Part shown: one piece after another, positions 19,106 to 29,208 of the stretch
Numbering within the stretch: position 1 is the stretch's first letter
How the letters are laid out: every line of letters starts with the position of its first letter
Assembly (NCBI GenBank): GCA_964292185.1
Contig: CAXYUO010000001.1
Span: forward strand, 1 to 47,305
Direction of reading: 5' to 3'
Source: an uncultured Frigoriflavimonas sp.
Lineage (GTDB): Bacteria > Bacteroidota > Bacteroidia > Flavobacteriales > Weeksellaceae
Length of the DNA stretch: 47,305 bases
Program-made: the position numbers and the translations under genes
The notes under the pieces: generated by a model
Databases searched by the model: none
What the model was told of the DNA's origin: nothing
What the model saw: the letters and a program-made list of their open reading frames with translations, nothing else

Positions 19106-20573
19106 ATGTACAGAAAGCTTATCAGTTTAGAATTCAAAAGTTTTTTCCGAAATCCACAATTAAGTGCGAATATCGCAATGAAAATCTTGATGGGATTTTC
19201 TGTGTTGTATTTTAGTTTAATGCTAATTGGTGCAGCTTTTGGTTTGTTTTTTATCGCAAAAGAAGAGTTGAATGTAGATCCATTGGTGCTTTTTTGCAAA
19301 TATTTCATGTATTATTGGGTTGTAGATTTAATGATAAGATATATGATGCAGCAAATGCCAACTCAAAATATCAAACCATTTCTCACCCAAAATATTACCA
19401 AAAAGAAACTAGTTTCTTATACCATTATAAAAACTTTGGTGCATTTTTTCAATTGGGCAATTTTGCTTTTTCTTATCCCATTTTCTATACTACTTTTGGT
19501 TGATGGACATTCGCCAATTGGTGTGATTTCCTTTTTTATAGGCATCGTTTCCGTTATATTTTTCAATAATTTTTTAAATATTTTACTCAATGGCAAAACT
19601 ATTTATGTGGTTTTGGTTGGTGCTACAGTTGCAGGTCTTGCAGCTTTAGAATATTTTCAAATATTTTCTATTTCCACTTATGCACAACCTATTTTTTATA
19701 GCTTTTATAATACAATTGGTGCATTTTTACTTCCTGTTTTATTGCTTTTGGCAACTATGTATCTTGCTTATAGAAACATTTATGATAATTTTTATCTAGA
19801 CAAAGGTTTAGAATTAAAAAAAAGCAGAAGGCAAGACAGAAAACATAGAATTTCTAAATAAATTTGGTGTCATCGGAACTTTTTTGAATAACGATATACG
19901 GCTTTTAAAAAGAAGTAAAGCCGCAAAATCTGCCGTTTTTGGTAGTTTTGCATTTCTATTTTATGGTTTGCTTTTTTTCAACGGAGCATATCAAACAGAT
20001 TTTATGAAATTTTTTGCAGCCATTTTTGTAACTGGCGGTTTCGTGTTTATGTTCGGACAAAAAGTTCCTGCATGGGATAGTTCTTATTATCCATTAATGA
20101 TGACACAAAACGTACCTTACAAAAAATATTTGCAAGCAAAATGGTCTTTGGTTGCAGCTGCTACATTGGTTTGTTTAGTTTTGGCAACTGCTTATATATT
20201 AATAGATCCAGAGATTTATTACTTTATTTTTGCTGGTGGATTATATAATTTAGGCGTAAATTCTTACCTCACACTTTTTGGTGGAGCGTATAATAAACAG
20301 CCAATAGACTTAAATTCTAAAGCAAAATCTTTCAGTGGTGGCAAAAATAATTTTAATTTTAAAGTACTTCTTTTGATGATTCCACAAATGGTGTTTCCGA
20401 TGGCGGTTTTTGCAATTGTAAAATATTTTTTCAATATAGAAATTGCTGTTGCAGCAATCGGTTTATTAGGATTAATCGGGTTTTTATTGAAAGATAAAAT
20501 ATTTGATCTCATCGTAAAACGATACAAAACAGAAAAATACAGCACGTTAGAAGCTTTCAAAAAAGCAGAATAG
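19106..20573 (+). pseudogene. ABC-transporter permease (DUF5687-like) split by a +1 frameshift in an A8 tract
   Basis: Removing one A from 19816-19823 gives a continuous frame ...GLELKKAEGKTENIEFLNKFGVIGTFLNNDIRLLKR that joins 19106..19861 to 19884..20573. Confidence 0.8.
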
Positions 20574-20655
20574 ACAATTCAAAAGTGAATTTAAAATCCA
20601 ATTTTAAGCTAAAAGTTTCAATTAATTAACATTAAACTAAAAATCAAAAATTATC

Positions 20656-21369
20656 ATGATAAATGTTCAAAATATATCTAAAGTTTACGGTTCTTCAAAA
20701 GTTTTAGACATGCCCTATTTAGAAATTCCGCGTGGCGAAACCTTCGGTTTGGTAGGAAATAATGGTGCCGGAAAAACCACTTTTTTCTCCTTGCTTTTAG
20801 ATTTAATACAAGCAACTACAGGTTTTATTTCCATTAATGAAGAGAAAGTAAACGAGGGAGAAAATTGGAAAAGCAAAGCTACAGCTTTCATAGACGAAAC
20901 TTTTTTGATAGGATATCTTACACCAGAAGAATATTTTTATTTTTTAGGCGAATTGCGTCATCAATCGAAATCTGAAGTTGATCAATTTTTGAAAGGATTT
21001 TCCGAGTTTTTTAATGGCGAAATTTTAGCTGGCAAAAAATATGTTCGAGATTTATCTAAAGGGAATCAGAAAAAAGTAGGAATTGTGGGTGCATTAATTG
21101 GGAATCCTGAAATTATTATTTTAGATGAACCATTTGCCAACTTGGATCCATCAACTCAAATAAAATTAAAAAAACTGATAAAAGAATGGTCTGCAAATGA
21201 GCAAGTTACCTTCTTGATTTCTAGCCACGACCTTGCACATACAACTGAAGTTTGCAATAGAATTGTACTTCTAAACAAAGGCGAAATGGTAAAAGACATC
21301 AAAACAAACCCAGAAACTTTACGTGAATTGGAAGATTTTTTCGCAATGGAAGTTGCGATGGAAAAATAA
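20656..21369 (+). CDS. ABC transporter ATP-binding protein
   Basis: Walker A GNNGAGKT, signature LSKGN, Walker B 'IILDEPFANLD', H-loop SSH. Confidence 0.95.
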   Translation: MINVQNISKVYGSSKVLDMPYLEIPRGETFGLVGNNGAGKTTFFSLLLDLIQATTGFISINEEKVNEGENWKSKATAFIDETFLIGYLTPEEYFYFLGELRHQSKSEVDQFLKGFSEFFNGEILAGKKYVRDLSKGNQKKVGIVGALIGNPEIIILDEPFANLDPSTQIKLKKLIKEWSANEQVTFLISSHDLAHTTEVCNRIVLLNKGEMVKDIKTNPETLRELEDFFAMEVAMEK

Positions 21370-21398
21370 AATCTAAACAAGCTTACTTTTCCAATTAT

Positions 21399-21506
21399 AG
21401 ATTCCAGAGGAACGGCATCTTTTTATTGTTCATTAGATAGCGTTCCGATGGAACGCAATTTCGTATTTTATTTACAATTCTACACAGATTTTGTTCCTCT
21501 TGAACA
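21399..21506. repeat. Cluster of three REP-like GTTCC-NNN-GGAAC hairpins
   Basis: TTCC-AGA-GGAA (21402), GCGTTCC-GAT-GGAACGC (21440-21456), TGTTC-CTCTT-GAACA (21492-21506) preceded by CTAC. Confidence 0.65.
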
Positions 21507-21622
21507 TTAACATTTACTCAAATTTCAGTTGAAAAAATTGATTTATAAATTTATAAACAATTACAATATAATTTTAACTAAAATCCTAAATGTTCTTAAT
21601 GTTAAAAATGAATTTAGAAAAT

Positions 21623-22159
21623 CTAAAGTCCTACAACAATTCCCACATTTGGAACAAATCCACCATTGAAAATAGATGTTTTCGGATCATAAAGTACGTT
21701 GTAAGTTGCACCAAATTGCATATAAATTCCGTTTCCTAAATTTTGCATATATCCTCCTCCTAAATTCAATGCAGATTCATTAGTAGTATAGGTTTGGTTG
21801 CTTGTTTTATCTTTAGAGTTCACAAAATACTGTTGGAATTGAGAAGTTAAATAAACACTTCTTCCAAAATAATAATTCGCAAATGGACCTACTCCAAAAA
21901 TGGTAGAAGAAATGTATTGAGAGCTATTCAAGGAAAAATTTCCTGCCAATCCTGCTTCAAAATTATTTGTAATTTTATATCCAACTCTTGGTGTAATGTA
22001 AACTGTGGTTCCTCCTCCATTTCCAAAAGAACCTCCAAGTCCTGCAGAACCTCCGAAAGTAAAGCCAGAATCTCCGATTGGAGTAGAAACTCTTGTACCT
22101 ATTTGTGAGAAACCAAAAATACTAATTGCCAAAAGCAAAATCGTTGCTATTTTTTTCAT
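21623..22159 (-). CDS. Small outer-membrane beta-barrel protein
   Basis: Signal peptide from ATG 22159 (MKKIATILLL...FSQ), Gly/aromatic amphipathic strands, C-terminal 'VGIVVGL'. Confidence 0.75.
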   Translation of the reverse strand: MKKIATILLLAISIFGFSQIGTRVSTPIGDSGFTFGGSAGLGGSFGNGGGTTVYITPRVGYKITNNFEAGLAGNFSLNSSQYISSTIFGVGPFANYYFGRSVYLTSQFQQYFVNSKDKTSNQTYTTNESALNLGGGYMQNLGNGIYMQFGATYNVLYDPKTSIFNGGFVPNVGIVVGL

Positions 22160-22327
22160 TGTGTGTTTTTTAAAATTTAATTGGCATAAAGATAGAATTT
22201 TATTTTTATAAAGAGATTTTATTATAAATATTAGAAATAATTTAACCGCCAAATATACATTTAATTACAAATTAAAGATATAGATATTTCCTATTTTCAA
22301 AATGAATAAACACTAAGAAAGATTCCT

Positions 22328-22335
22328 TAAATTTG
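22328..22335 (+). promoter_or_regulatory. -7 promoter element upstream of mnmA
   Basis: TAAATTTG, about 30 nt before ATG 22365. Confidence 0.6.
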
Positions 22336-22364
22336 CATTTTAATAGAGCTATAAAATAATTTTC

Positions 22365-23552
22365 ATGAAAGTAGTAGTAGGTTTATCTGGTGGTGTAGAT
22401 TCTAGCGTTGCAGCATATCTTTTGCAACAGCAAGGTCATGAAGTAATTGCTCTTTTTATGCGAAATTGGAACGATGCTTCTGTAACTTTGGAAGATGAAT
22501 GTCCGTGGATAGAAGATAGTAATGATGCACTTTTGGTTGCTCAAAAATTGGGAATTCCCTTTCAAGTGATAGATATGAGCGAACTTTATAAAGAAAGAAT
22601 CGTAGATTATATGTTTCGGGAGTATAAAAATGGTAGAACGCCAAATCCTGATGTGCTTTGCAACCGAGAAGTGAAGTTTGATGTATTTATGAAAACCGCA
22701 TTATCTCTTGGTGCAGAAAAGGTTGCAACAGGACATTATGCACAAGTAGATTCTACTTTTGATGAAAATAATCAAGAGATTTTTCATCTTTTGGCAGGAA
22801 AAGATAACAATAAAGATCAAAGTTATTTTCTTTGTCAATTAAGCCAAGATCAACTCTCGAAATCTCTATTTCCTATTGGGAATTTAACGAAACCTGAAGT
22901 ACGAGAAATTGCAAAAAAAATGGAATTGGCAACTGCTGATAAAAAAGATTCGCAAGGTTTGTGTTTCATTGGGAAGGTAAGTTTGCCCACATTTTTGCAA
23001 CAACAATTAGAAGCAAAAGAAGGCGAAATAGTAGAAATATTTAAAGATTTTGAAGGTTATTTTAAAGAAACGCCTCGTTTTTCATCAAAATTAGAAGAAT
23101 TGCAATTTCTTGCTAAAAAAATAGAATACAAAAAAACGGACGGAAAAGTAATCGGAAAACATCAAGGAGCCCACTTTTTCACCATCGGACAAAGCAAAGG
23201 TTTGGGAATTGGCGGACATAAAGAATCTTGCTTTATGATTTCTCGTGATATGCAAGAAAATTTAATTTTTGTTGGTGAAGGAAAAAATTTCCCAGGATTG
23301 TACAACAAAGCATTAAAAATAGAAAACGATGAAGTACATTGGGTTCGCGAAGATTTAAAATTAAAAAACGGCGAAACTATGGAAGTAGAAGTAAGAATTC
23401 GATACAGGCAACCTTTAGAAAAAGCAACATTATATCAATTTGAAGAAGGGTTTTTCATAGAATTTGATGAGCCACAATCTGCCATAGCAGAAGGACAATT
23501 TGCAGCTTGGTATTTGGATGAAGAATTATTGGGAAGTGGCGTGATTTCGTAG
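22365..23552 (+). CDS. mnmA: tRNA-specific 2-thiouridylase
   Basis: 'SGGVDS', '[11 protein letters not shown]', 'ATGHYA', 'KDQSYFL', 'DSQGLCFIG', 'RYRQ'. Confidence 0.97.
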   Translation: MKVVVGLSGGVDSSVAAYLLQQQGHEVIALFMRNWNDASVTLEDECPWIEDSNDALLVAQKLGIPFQVIDMSELYKERIVDYMFREYKNGRTPNPDVLCNREVKFDVFMKTALSLGAEKVATGHYAQVDSTFDENNQEIFHLLAGKDNNKDQSYFLCQLSQDQLSKSLFPIGNLTKPEVREIAKKMELATADKKDSQGLCFIGKVSLPTFLQQQLEAKEGEIVEIFKDFEGYFKETPRFSSKLEELQFLAKKIEYKKTDGKVIGKHQGAHFFTIGQSKGLGIGGHKESCFMISRDMQENLIFVGEGKNFPGLYNKALKIENDEVHWVREDLKLKNGETMEVEVRIRYRQPLEKATLYQFEEGFFIEFDEPQSAIAEGQFAAWYLDEELLGSGVIS

Positions 23553-23558
23553 AAATTT
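23488..23558 (+). repeat. 71-bp direct repeat, copy 1 (3' end of mnmA)
   Basis: Matches 27315-27385 with one mismatch (A23504/G27331). Confidence 0.95.
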
Positions 23559-23579
23559 AAACCAACCAATCTTTAAAAT
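23558..23579. repeat. Short copy of the LytTR gene 3' end
   Basis: TAAACCAACCAATCTTTAAAAT is 21/22 identical to 30956-30977. Confidence 0.8.
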
Positions 23580-23610
23580 TTTAGTACACTAAATTTGATT
23601 TATTTTTTTG

Positions 23611-23635
23611 TATATTTGCATACTAAAAGTAGCGA
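23611..23635 (+). promoter_or_regulatory. MTase promoter -7 element with an overlapping putative C-protein operator
   Basis: TATATTTG followed by GCATACTAAAAGTAGCGA (ACT-NNN-AGT core), recurring at 27225-27240 and 27274-27287. Confidence 0.7.
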
Positions 23636-23641
23636 AAAATT

Positions 23642-24586
23642 ATGAATGTTTTAAGTCTTTTTGATGGTATTTCTTGTGCAAGAATTGCATTAGACAATTT
23701 AGGAGTAAAAGTAGATAACTATTATGCTTCTGAAATTGATGAACACGCTATTAAAGTATCAAGAAACAATTATTCAGATATTAAGCACATTGGCGACATT
23801 AGAAATATAAATTCAATTGATTTACCAAAAATTGATTTACTAATTGGTGGCTCTCCTTGCCAAGATTTAAGCAATGCACAAAACGGACTTGGATTAGAAG
23901 GAAAAAAATCTGGTCTTTTTTATGAATATATTAGGTTATTAAAAGAGATTAAACCGAAATATTTTTTATTAGAAAATGTAAAGAATAAATGGGGAAATAC
24001 AATGAGTGAATATGTTGGTGTTGATTATATTGAAGTTAATTCAGCTGTTTTATCAGCTCAATCAAGACCAAGATTTTATTGGACAAATATAAATCATCCT
24101 GTTTTTCCAAATAGAATTTCTGATGAAACATTAGAAAGTATAGTGTTTAATGAAGCTCCCAAAAATTATTATTTAAATAAAGACGGGTTAATTGAATATA
24201 TAAACTCAACTAAACAAAATACCTCAGTTTCTAAAGATGGAATAAACAAAATTTTTGAAATTCCTAAAGAAATTCACAAAGACCACGAAAGACAAAGAAG
24301 AGTGTATTCTTTAAAAAGCAAATCTCCTACTTTATTAGCAAGAGCTGATACTACAAAAATTTTAATTAATGGAAATGTGAGGAAATTAATGCCAATTGAA
24401 TGCGAAAGATTACAAGGAATTCCAGATAATTATACTTCGATAGCAAGTGATACACAACGTTATAAAATGATAGGAAACGCATTTACCGTTAATGTTATTG
24501 AACATTTTTTGAAAGGAATTGAATTTGAACCTACAACCAAGAAAAGAATTGTTCAACAAACTTTATTTGAAATAGAATACCCATAA
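23642..24586 (+). CDS. DNA (cytosine-5) methyltransferase M1
   Basis: Motif I 'LSLFDGI', IV 'GGSPCQDLS', VI 'LENV', VIII 'QSRPRFYW', IX/X 'ERLQG..D.Y..IGNA'. Confidence 0.93.
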   Translation: MNVLSLFDGISCARIALDNLGVKVDNYYASEIDEHAIKVSRNNYSDIKHIGDIRNINSIDLPKIDLLIGGSPCQDLSNAQNGLGLEGKKSGLFYEYIRLLKEIKPKYFLLENVKNKWGNTMSEYVGVDYIEVNSAVLSAQSRPRFYWTNINHPVFPNRISDETLESIVFNEAPKNYYLNKDGLIEYINSTKQNTSVSKDGINKIFEIPKEIHKDHERQRRVYSLKSKSPTLLARADTTKILINGNVRKLMPIECERLQGIPDNYTSIASDTQRYKMIGNAFTVNVIEHFLKGIEFEPTTKKRIVQQTLFEIEYP

Positions 24587-25551
24587 TGAAGTTTATAGAT
24601 TTATTTTGTGGTATTGGTGGATTTAGATTAGCATTTGAAAGTTTTGGTGGAGAATGCGTTTTTAGTTCTGATATAGACAAACACGCTTGTGAAACTTATA
24701 AAGAAAATTTTGGTGATTATCCATTAAGTGATATTACTAAAATTGATGAAAAATCAATACCTGACTTTGATATTTTATGCGCTGGATTCCCATGTCAGCC
24801 TTTTAGTATTGGTGGTTTAAGAAAAGGATTTCAAGATACAAGAGGAACTTTGTTTTTTGATATTGAACGAATAATCCGAGAAAAAAAACCAAAAGCATTT
24901 ATTTTAGAAAACGTAAAAGGTTTAGTAAATCATAATAAAGGTAAGACGTTAGAAGTTATTTTAAATAAGCTATCAAGAAGAATTAATGGAAAAGTTAATG
25001 ATTCAAAGTTTAATGATTGTTTGGATTATGACGTTCATTTTAAAGTAGTGAATTCTAAAAATTTTGGTGTTCCTCAAAATAGAGAACGAATCTATATTAT
25101 CGGATTTCAAAAAGAAGTAGATTTTGAATTTCCTATTGAAAATAAAAAAATAGAGCTTTCTGAAATTATTGATGAAACTATACCAAAAAATACACTTTCA
25201 GAAATTTTAGAATTCAACATTGATTTTCATTTACAAAACCGCAAAGATTATTTAGATATTAAAAATTTAAAATATTTATTAGCTTATGAAGTTAGAAAAT
25301 CAAGAAGTACTTTTAGATTTGATAACTTATCGCCAACTTTAACTGCTAAAATGGGAACTGGTGGAAATAATGTTCCAGTAATTGTTAATTTAAAGAGAAA
25401 ATTATCAACAAATGAATGTCTAAAAATTCAAGGTTATCCTGAAAACTTTAAAATTAAAGAAAATAATAGTCAGAGTTACAAACAAATTGGAAACAGTGTT
25501 TCTGTTCCTGTAATTAAAGCACTTGCAAAAGAAATTTGTAAATTTATTTAG
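24586..25551 (+). CDS. DNA (cytosine-5) methyltransferase M2
   Basis: 'DLFCGIGG', 'GFPCQPFS', 'ENVKGL', 'PQNRERIY', 'KQIGNSV'; coupled to M1 by a TAATG overlap. Confidence 0.95.
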   Translation: MKFIDLFCGIGGFRLAFESFGGECVFSSDIDKHACETYKENFGDYPLSDITKIDEKSIPDFDILCAGFPCQPFSIGGLRKGFQDTRGTLFFDIERIIREKKPKAFILENVKGLVNHNKGKTLEVILNKLSRRINGKVNDSKFNDCLDYDVHFKVVNSKNFGVPQNRERIYIIGFQKEVDFEFPIENKKIELSEIIDETIPKNTLSEILEFNIDFHLQNRKDYLDIKNLKYLLAYEVRKSRSTFRFDNLSPTLTAKMGTGGNNVPVIVNLKRKLSTNECLKIQGYPENFKIKENNSQSYKQIGNSVSVPVIKALAKEICKFI

Positions 25552-26302
25552 GTTTTAAAACAATTGTATATGTACCTTTTGAACGACCAGAACCCGTAGT
25601 TATAATAAATGGAATATAATAATTTGGTTTTAAAGTGTCATTTTCAATAATCCAATTTGCTGTAAATGGTTCATCAAAATTTCCAATTCCTTTAAAAATC
25701 AAATCACTTATTTTTTCAGACTCTATAATCAATTGAGTAATTTTAGCATTTGAATATGTTTTAATTTTTTCTAAAACTTTCTTATTATGTAAACTTATTA
25801 CTTTTTCATCCTTTATATTATCAGAAAAATATTCAATAAATTCAGACTCATTTACATTCCAACCGTTTAATACATCACTGTTTTTTACAAATTCTACTTC
25901 TTTTTGACAGTAAATAGATGAACCAGCAGCTAAAACATTATTATTAAATATTTTAAAAAATGTATTAGATGAAATTTTAGTAATTGTATATTTTGAATTT
26001 GATAATTTAACTGATAAACCACTTTTACTAATTGGCTTTAAATTAAAATGTTCACAATCTATCTCATTTAAGTAATAATCTTTTTCTATTAAATAATCTT
26101 TTGGAACATTGCCTTTTGCAAAAAAAATATCGGCTTTTGCATAAACTTTTTCTTCATTCAAGCTGCCGCATTTTTTACTTATAATATGAATAGCAAAAGT
26201 ATCATCGATGTTATAATTTAAAATATCCCAAAATTTTTCTTTCTTGTTTAGTAATTTAGTATAAATTATTTCTTCATTATTTCCTTTAATAGCTTTATTC
26301 AT
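25544..26302 (-). CDS. Putative restriction endonuclease subunit R2
   Basis: 'G..EE', 'KADI...GLSVK' PD-(D/E)XK-like pattern; coupled to R1 and C, convergent with the MTases. Confidence 0.65.
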   Translation of the reverse strand: MNKAIKGNNEEIIYTKLLNKKEKFWDILNYNIDDTFAIHIISKKCGSLNEEKVYAKADIFFAKGNVPKDYLIEKDYYLNEIDCEHFNLKPISKSGLSVKLSNSKYTITKISSNTFFKIFNNNVLAAGSSIYCQKEVEFVKNSDVLNGWNVNESEFIEYFSDNIKDEKVISLHNKKVLEKIKTYSNAKITQLIIESEKISDLIFKGIGNFDEPFTANWIIENDTLKPNYYIPFIITTGSGRSKGTYTIVLKPK

Positions 26303-27012
26303 TAAATTTTCGTTATATCATTTTTTAATCCACCCCATTTTAGCTGTATATGTCCTCTTTTCTTTTCTGATAAATCTCCACCATTTAAGTTTCTATTCCA
26401 AGCCTGAAAAGTTAAAACCCCTATGGAAATAGGTTTTTTAATTATACTAACTATATAATTGAATAATTTATCTTCTTTAACGATTACACAATCTTCGTAT
26501 GTGCCATATAATAGATAATCGGCTTGTACACATGAATTAACACCTGTAATAATAAATCGTTTAGCTAATTCATTTTTATGCTTGTCAAAATAGTTTTGAA
26601 TATTAGAAATTTTTTCAGGAAATTGATTTTTATATTGATTTGCAGACATCCTGTCTTTTACTTTTCCTGTACCATCTAATGTTAAATCTCCCCAAATAAA
26701 ATGTCTTAGATCATTAAAAACAGAACTATTGTTCTCAAAATTTTCCATCAAAAAAACAATAAAACTTTCTAATGCTTCTTGATGCACACTATTTCCTGTG
26801 CCTTTTTTTACTGAAATAAAATATTCTTTTTTGTCTAATAAAATAGATAAATCAGCTTTATTTTGACCTGCATAACTCTTTGCATTAATTATTTTTGGTA
26901 TTCTTGAATTATTAATTTTTAAAAGCTCCCTTTTTAAATTTTCATTTAGACTTGAAAATTTATTATTATTAATATAATCAACTATATTTGCTTCATTTTG
27001 AAATCCATTCAT
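26302..27012 (-). CDS. Putative restriction endonuclease subunit R1
   Basis: 'GFQNE', 'KADL...ISVKKG.GNSVHQE', 'RGHIQLKW', resembling MspI-like PD-(D/E)XK folds; directly downstream of C. Confidence 0.7.
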   Translation of the reverse strand: MNGFQNEANIVDYINNNKFSSLNENLKRELLKINNSRIPKIINAKSYAGQNKADLSILLDKKEYFISVKKGTGNSVHQEALESFIVFLMENFENNSSVFNDLRHFIWGDLTLDGTGKVKDRMSANQYKNQFPEKISNIQNYFDKHKNELAKRFIITGVNSCVQADYLLYGTYEDCVIVKEDKLFNYIVSIIKKPISIGVLTFQAWNRNLNGGDLSEKKRGHIQLKWGGLKNDITKI

Positions 27013-27221
27013 TACAATAACTCTTTAATATTTACATTTAGTGCTTTAGCAATTTTTTCAATATTTACAAGGGTGATATTTTTCTCTGCTCGTTCAATCA
27101 TGCCAATATAAGTTCTATGTACTTCGGCTAAATGTGCTAATTGTTCTTGTGAAAGCTGTTGAGACATTCTAATCTCTCTAATTCTTTCACCAAACTTTAT
27201 GGAAATGGTTTTTTTAAGCAT
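27012..27221 (-). CDS. XRE-family HTH controller (C) protein
   Basis: 'FGERIREIR....LSQEQLA..AEVHRTYIGMIER.EKNITL.NI.KIA.AL'; HRTY recognition helix of R-M C proteins; first gene of the C-R1-R2 operon. Confidence 0.9.
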   Translation of the reverse strand: MLKKTISIKFGERIREIRMSQQLSQEQLAHLAEVHRTYIGMIERAEKNITLVNIEKIAKALNVNIKELL

Positions 27222-27224
27222 GGT

Positions 27225-27287
27225 GCTAATTTTAGTATGCTAAATTATATTTAACCTTATATTTATACAACCGACTAAAGGTAGCGA
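27225..27287 (-). promoter_or_regulatory. C-R operon promoter with two putative C-boxes
   Basis: GCATACTAAAATTAGC on the minus strand (27240-27225) and ACTAAAGGTAGCGA (27274-27287), both near-identical to the MTase-promoter site. Confidence 0.7.
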
Positions 27288-27314
27288 TTGAATAGAAATA
27301 AATATAATTGAAAA

Positions 27315-27385
27315 CAGAAGGACAATTTGCGGCTTGGTATTTGGATGAAGAATTATTGGGAAGTGGCGTGATTTCGTAGAAATTT
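27315..27385 (+). repeat. 71-bp direct repeat, copy 2 (duplicated mnmA 3' end)
   Basis: Encodes [20 protein letters not shown], identical to the MnmA C-terminus. Confidence 0.95.
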
Positions 27386-27441
27386 TATTATTTTTAATAA
27401 TTATATTATTAATTTCACAAAATCTAAGCTATCAAAAACGC

Positions 27442-29145
27442 ATGAATCTAAAATTTTCTACACTCATTTTTCTTTTTGTATTGCTTTTAAAATTTGATGT
27501 TATTTTCGCACAATTAGAAAGTGTGAAAATCATTAAAAAGGTGGATTACAATGATATGATAATCATAAATCCTGAAAAAGATCCTCTTTTTGGAATGACA
27601 ATAGGATTTAATGATATTGATGGTAATTATCATCAATTACCTCAAAAATTCGTGTGTGAAGACAACGAAAACCTCTTCAAACCTTGTATTTATTTTGATG
27701 GATTGTACTATTTTATATTTGCAAAAAGTCTTGATGAAACCAATAATGGCTATGTTTACAAATACAATTCTAATGATGGGTTTTCCAAGGAAACAGTATT
27801 TGAAGACAAAGACATGGGATATTTTCCTTTTTTTGGAAAGCTAAATAATGGAGAACCTACACTCTATTTTTTTGATAAAAATGGAAGCGATAAATCTATA
27901 AAATGCGAAAGATCTAAAGGAAATTGGAAAAATAGTTTTACAGCTTTAACAAAAGAAACGCATATTTCGCTTTTTAGTTTTATTAAAGATGTGCAATGGT
28001 ACAAAGACAATTTCAAACAATTTCCCTTTAAAATCCACACAAAAAACTATCCTTTTGTACCAATATTTTGCAAAAAAGAAGATTTATCAATGGCAAAAAT
28101 AATTCCTTCCATTTTATATGAAGAAATAGAAGGTAGCAAAATAGAAATACCAAACATGCCTCCTATTAAAACACAGTCTGTCTTAGGAGAATGTACCGCA
28201 TATTCTTTAGCTGCACTTGTTCAAAAATCAATTTGCGATCAAAACAAAGGTGCAATACATGATTGTTCTAATCCACCATCAAATTATGCGATTTCCTATT
28301 GGGGATTTTCAAAATACACATCAATAAATAGAAATGGAGAAAAAGATATGTTTCTATTTGAAAAATCGAGTTCGTTTTTAAGAAATGATGCAGCTTCGAT
28401 ATTAAGAAATGCACTTGCAACAAATAGATATATTTTAGATTCAACTATGCCCTACCAGAATATGGTTGAAAATTTGAATTTAGAATATGCATCCTCTAAA
28501 ACGCGTTCTAATCAGTTCGATTTAATTAATTTTTTAAAAGAAATATACACCATTTATAACGGACAAACCATACCTTTAAAAGAAGAAAAAAAACACAATA
28601 AAAAGCTTGAGTTTTACACCAAAATAGATAGTAAATATTTCAATCTAAATAATGCTTTAAAATTAGATGAATTTAATAACAAACTCAGTTTCAATGCTTT
28701 TACTTACAATTTGTTTTTAGGAGAAATAGAAAGCAACGCTATTTCAAATTTAGCAAAAGTAGCAAGTTTCCCAGTTTTAGATGATGAAAACATAACTTCA
28801 AAAGATATTAAAAATAAGATTATAGATGTTTTGACTAATGAGCAAAAGCCACTTTTTTACATCATGGCATTTGATAAAAATATTGATGGCACTATAACCA
28901 GATCAGATTCATCAACAATTCATAGCATCGTTATTTGTGGTTATAAAAAAGTTATTAATCCAGAAAATGGTAAAGTTTTAGAGGTTTTTAAAGTTCAAAA
29001 CTCATATGGTACAGATTGGCAGTTACAGAATAATAATGGTTGGATTGATGCAGAAAAACTTCTAGAAAACACGCCTACTTTTTGGTCAGAAAGAATTAAA
29101 AAAATAATATATTATTCGGATGTTTTGGTTTGGCTAAAATATTGA
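27442..29145 (+). CDS. Secreted papain-like (C1 family) cysteine peptidase
   Basis: Signal peptide; catalytic motifs 'TQSVLGECTAYS' (Q/C), 'HSIVICGY' (H) and 'VQNSYGTDW' (N). Confidence 0.85.
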   Translation: MNLKFSTLIFLFVLLLKFDVIFAQLESVKIIKKVDYNDMIIINPEKDPLFGMTIGFNDIDGNYHQLPQKFVCEDNENLFKPCIYFDGLYYFIFAKSLDETNNGYVYKYNSNDGFSKETVFEDKDMGYFPFFGKLNNGEPTLYFFDKNGSDKSIKCERSKGNWKNSFTALTKETHISLFSFIKDVQWYKDNFKQFPFKIHTKNYPFVPIFCKKEDLSMAKIIPSILYEEIEGSKIEIPNMPPIKTQSVLGECTAYSLAALVQKSICDQNKGAIHDCSNPPSNYAISYWGFSKYTSINRNGEKDMFLFEKSSSFLRNDAASILRNALATNRYILDSTMPYQNMVENLNLEYASSKTRSNQFDLINFLKEIYTIYNGQTIPLKEEKKHNKKLEFYTKIDSKYFNLNNALKLDEFNNKLSFNAFTYNLFLGEIESNAISNLAKVASFPVLDDENITSKDIKNKIIDVLTNEQKPLFYIMAFDKNIDGTITRSDSSTIHSIVICGYKKVINPENGKVLEVFKVQNSYGTDWQLQNNNGWIDAEKLLENTPTFWSERIKKIIYYSDVLVWLKY

Positions 29146-29208
29146 AAAATCCTACATTAATTTTTGGTTATTAGTTGTACACTTATTAAAAAAATAAATT
29201 ATCAAAAG

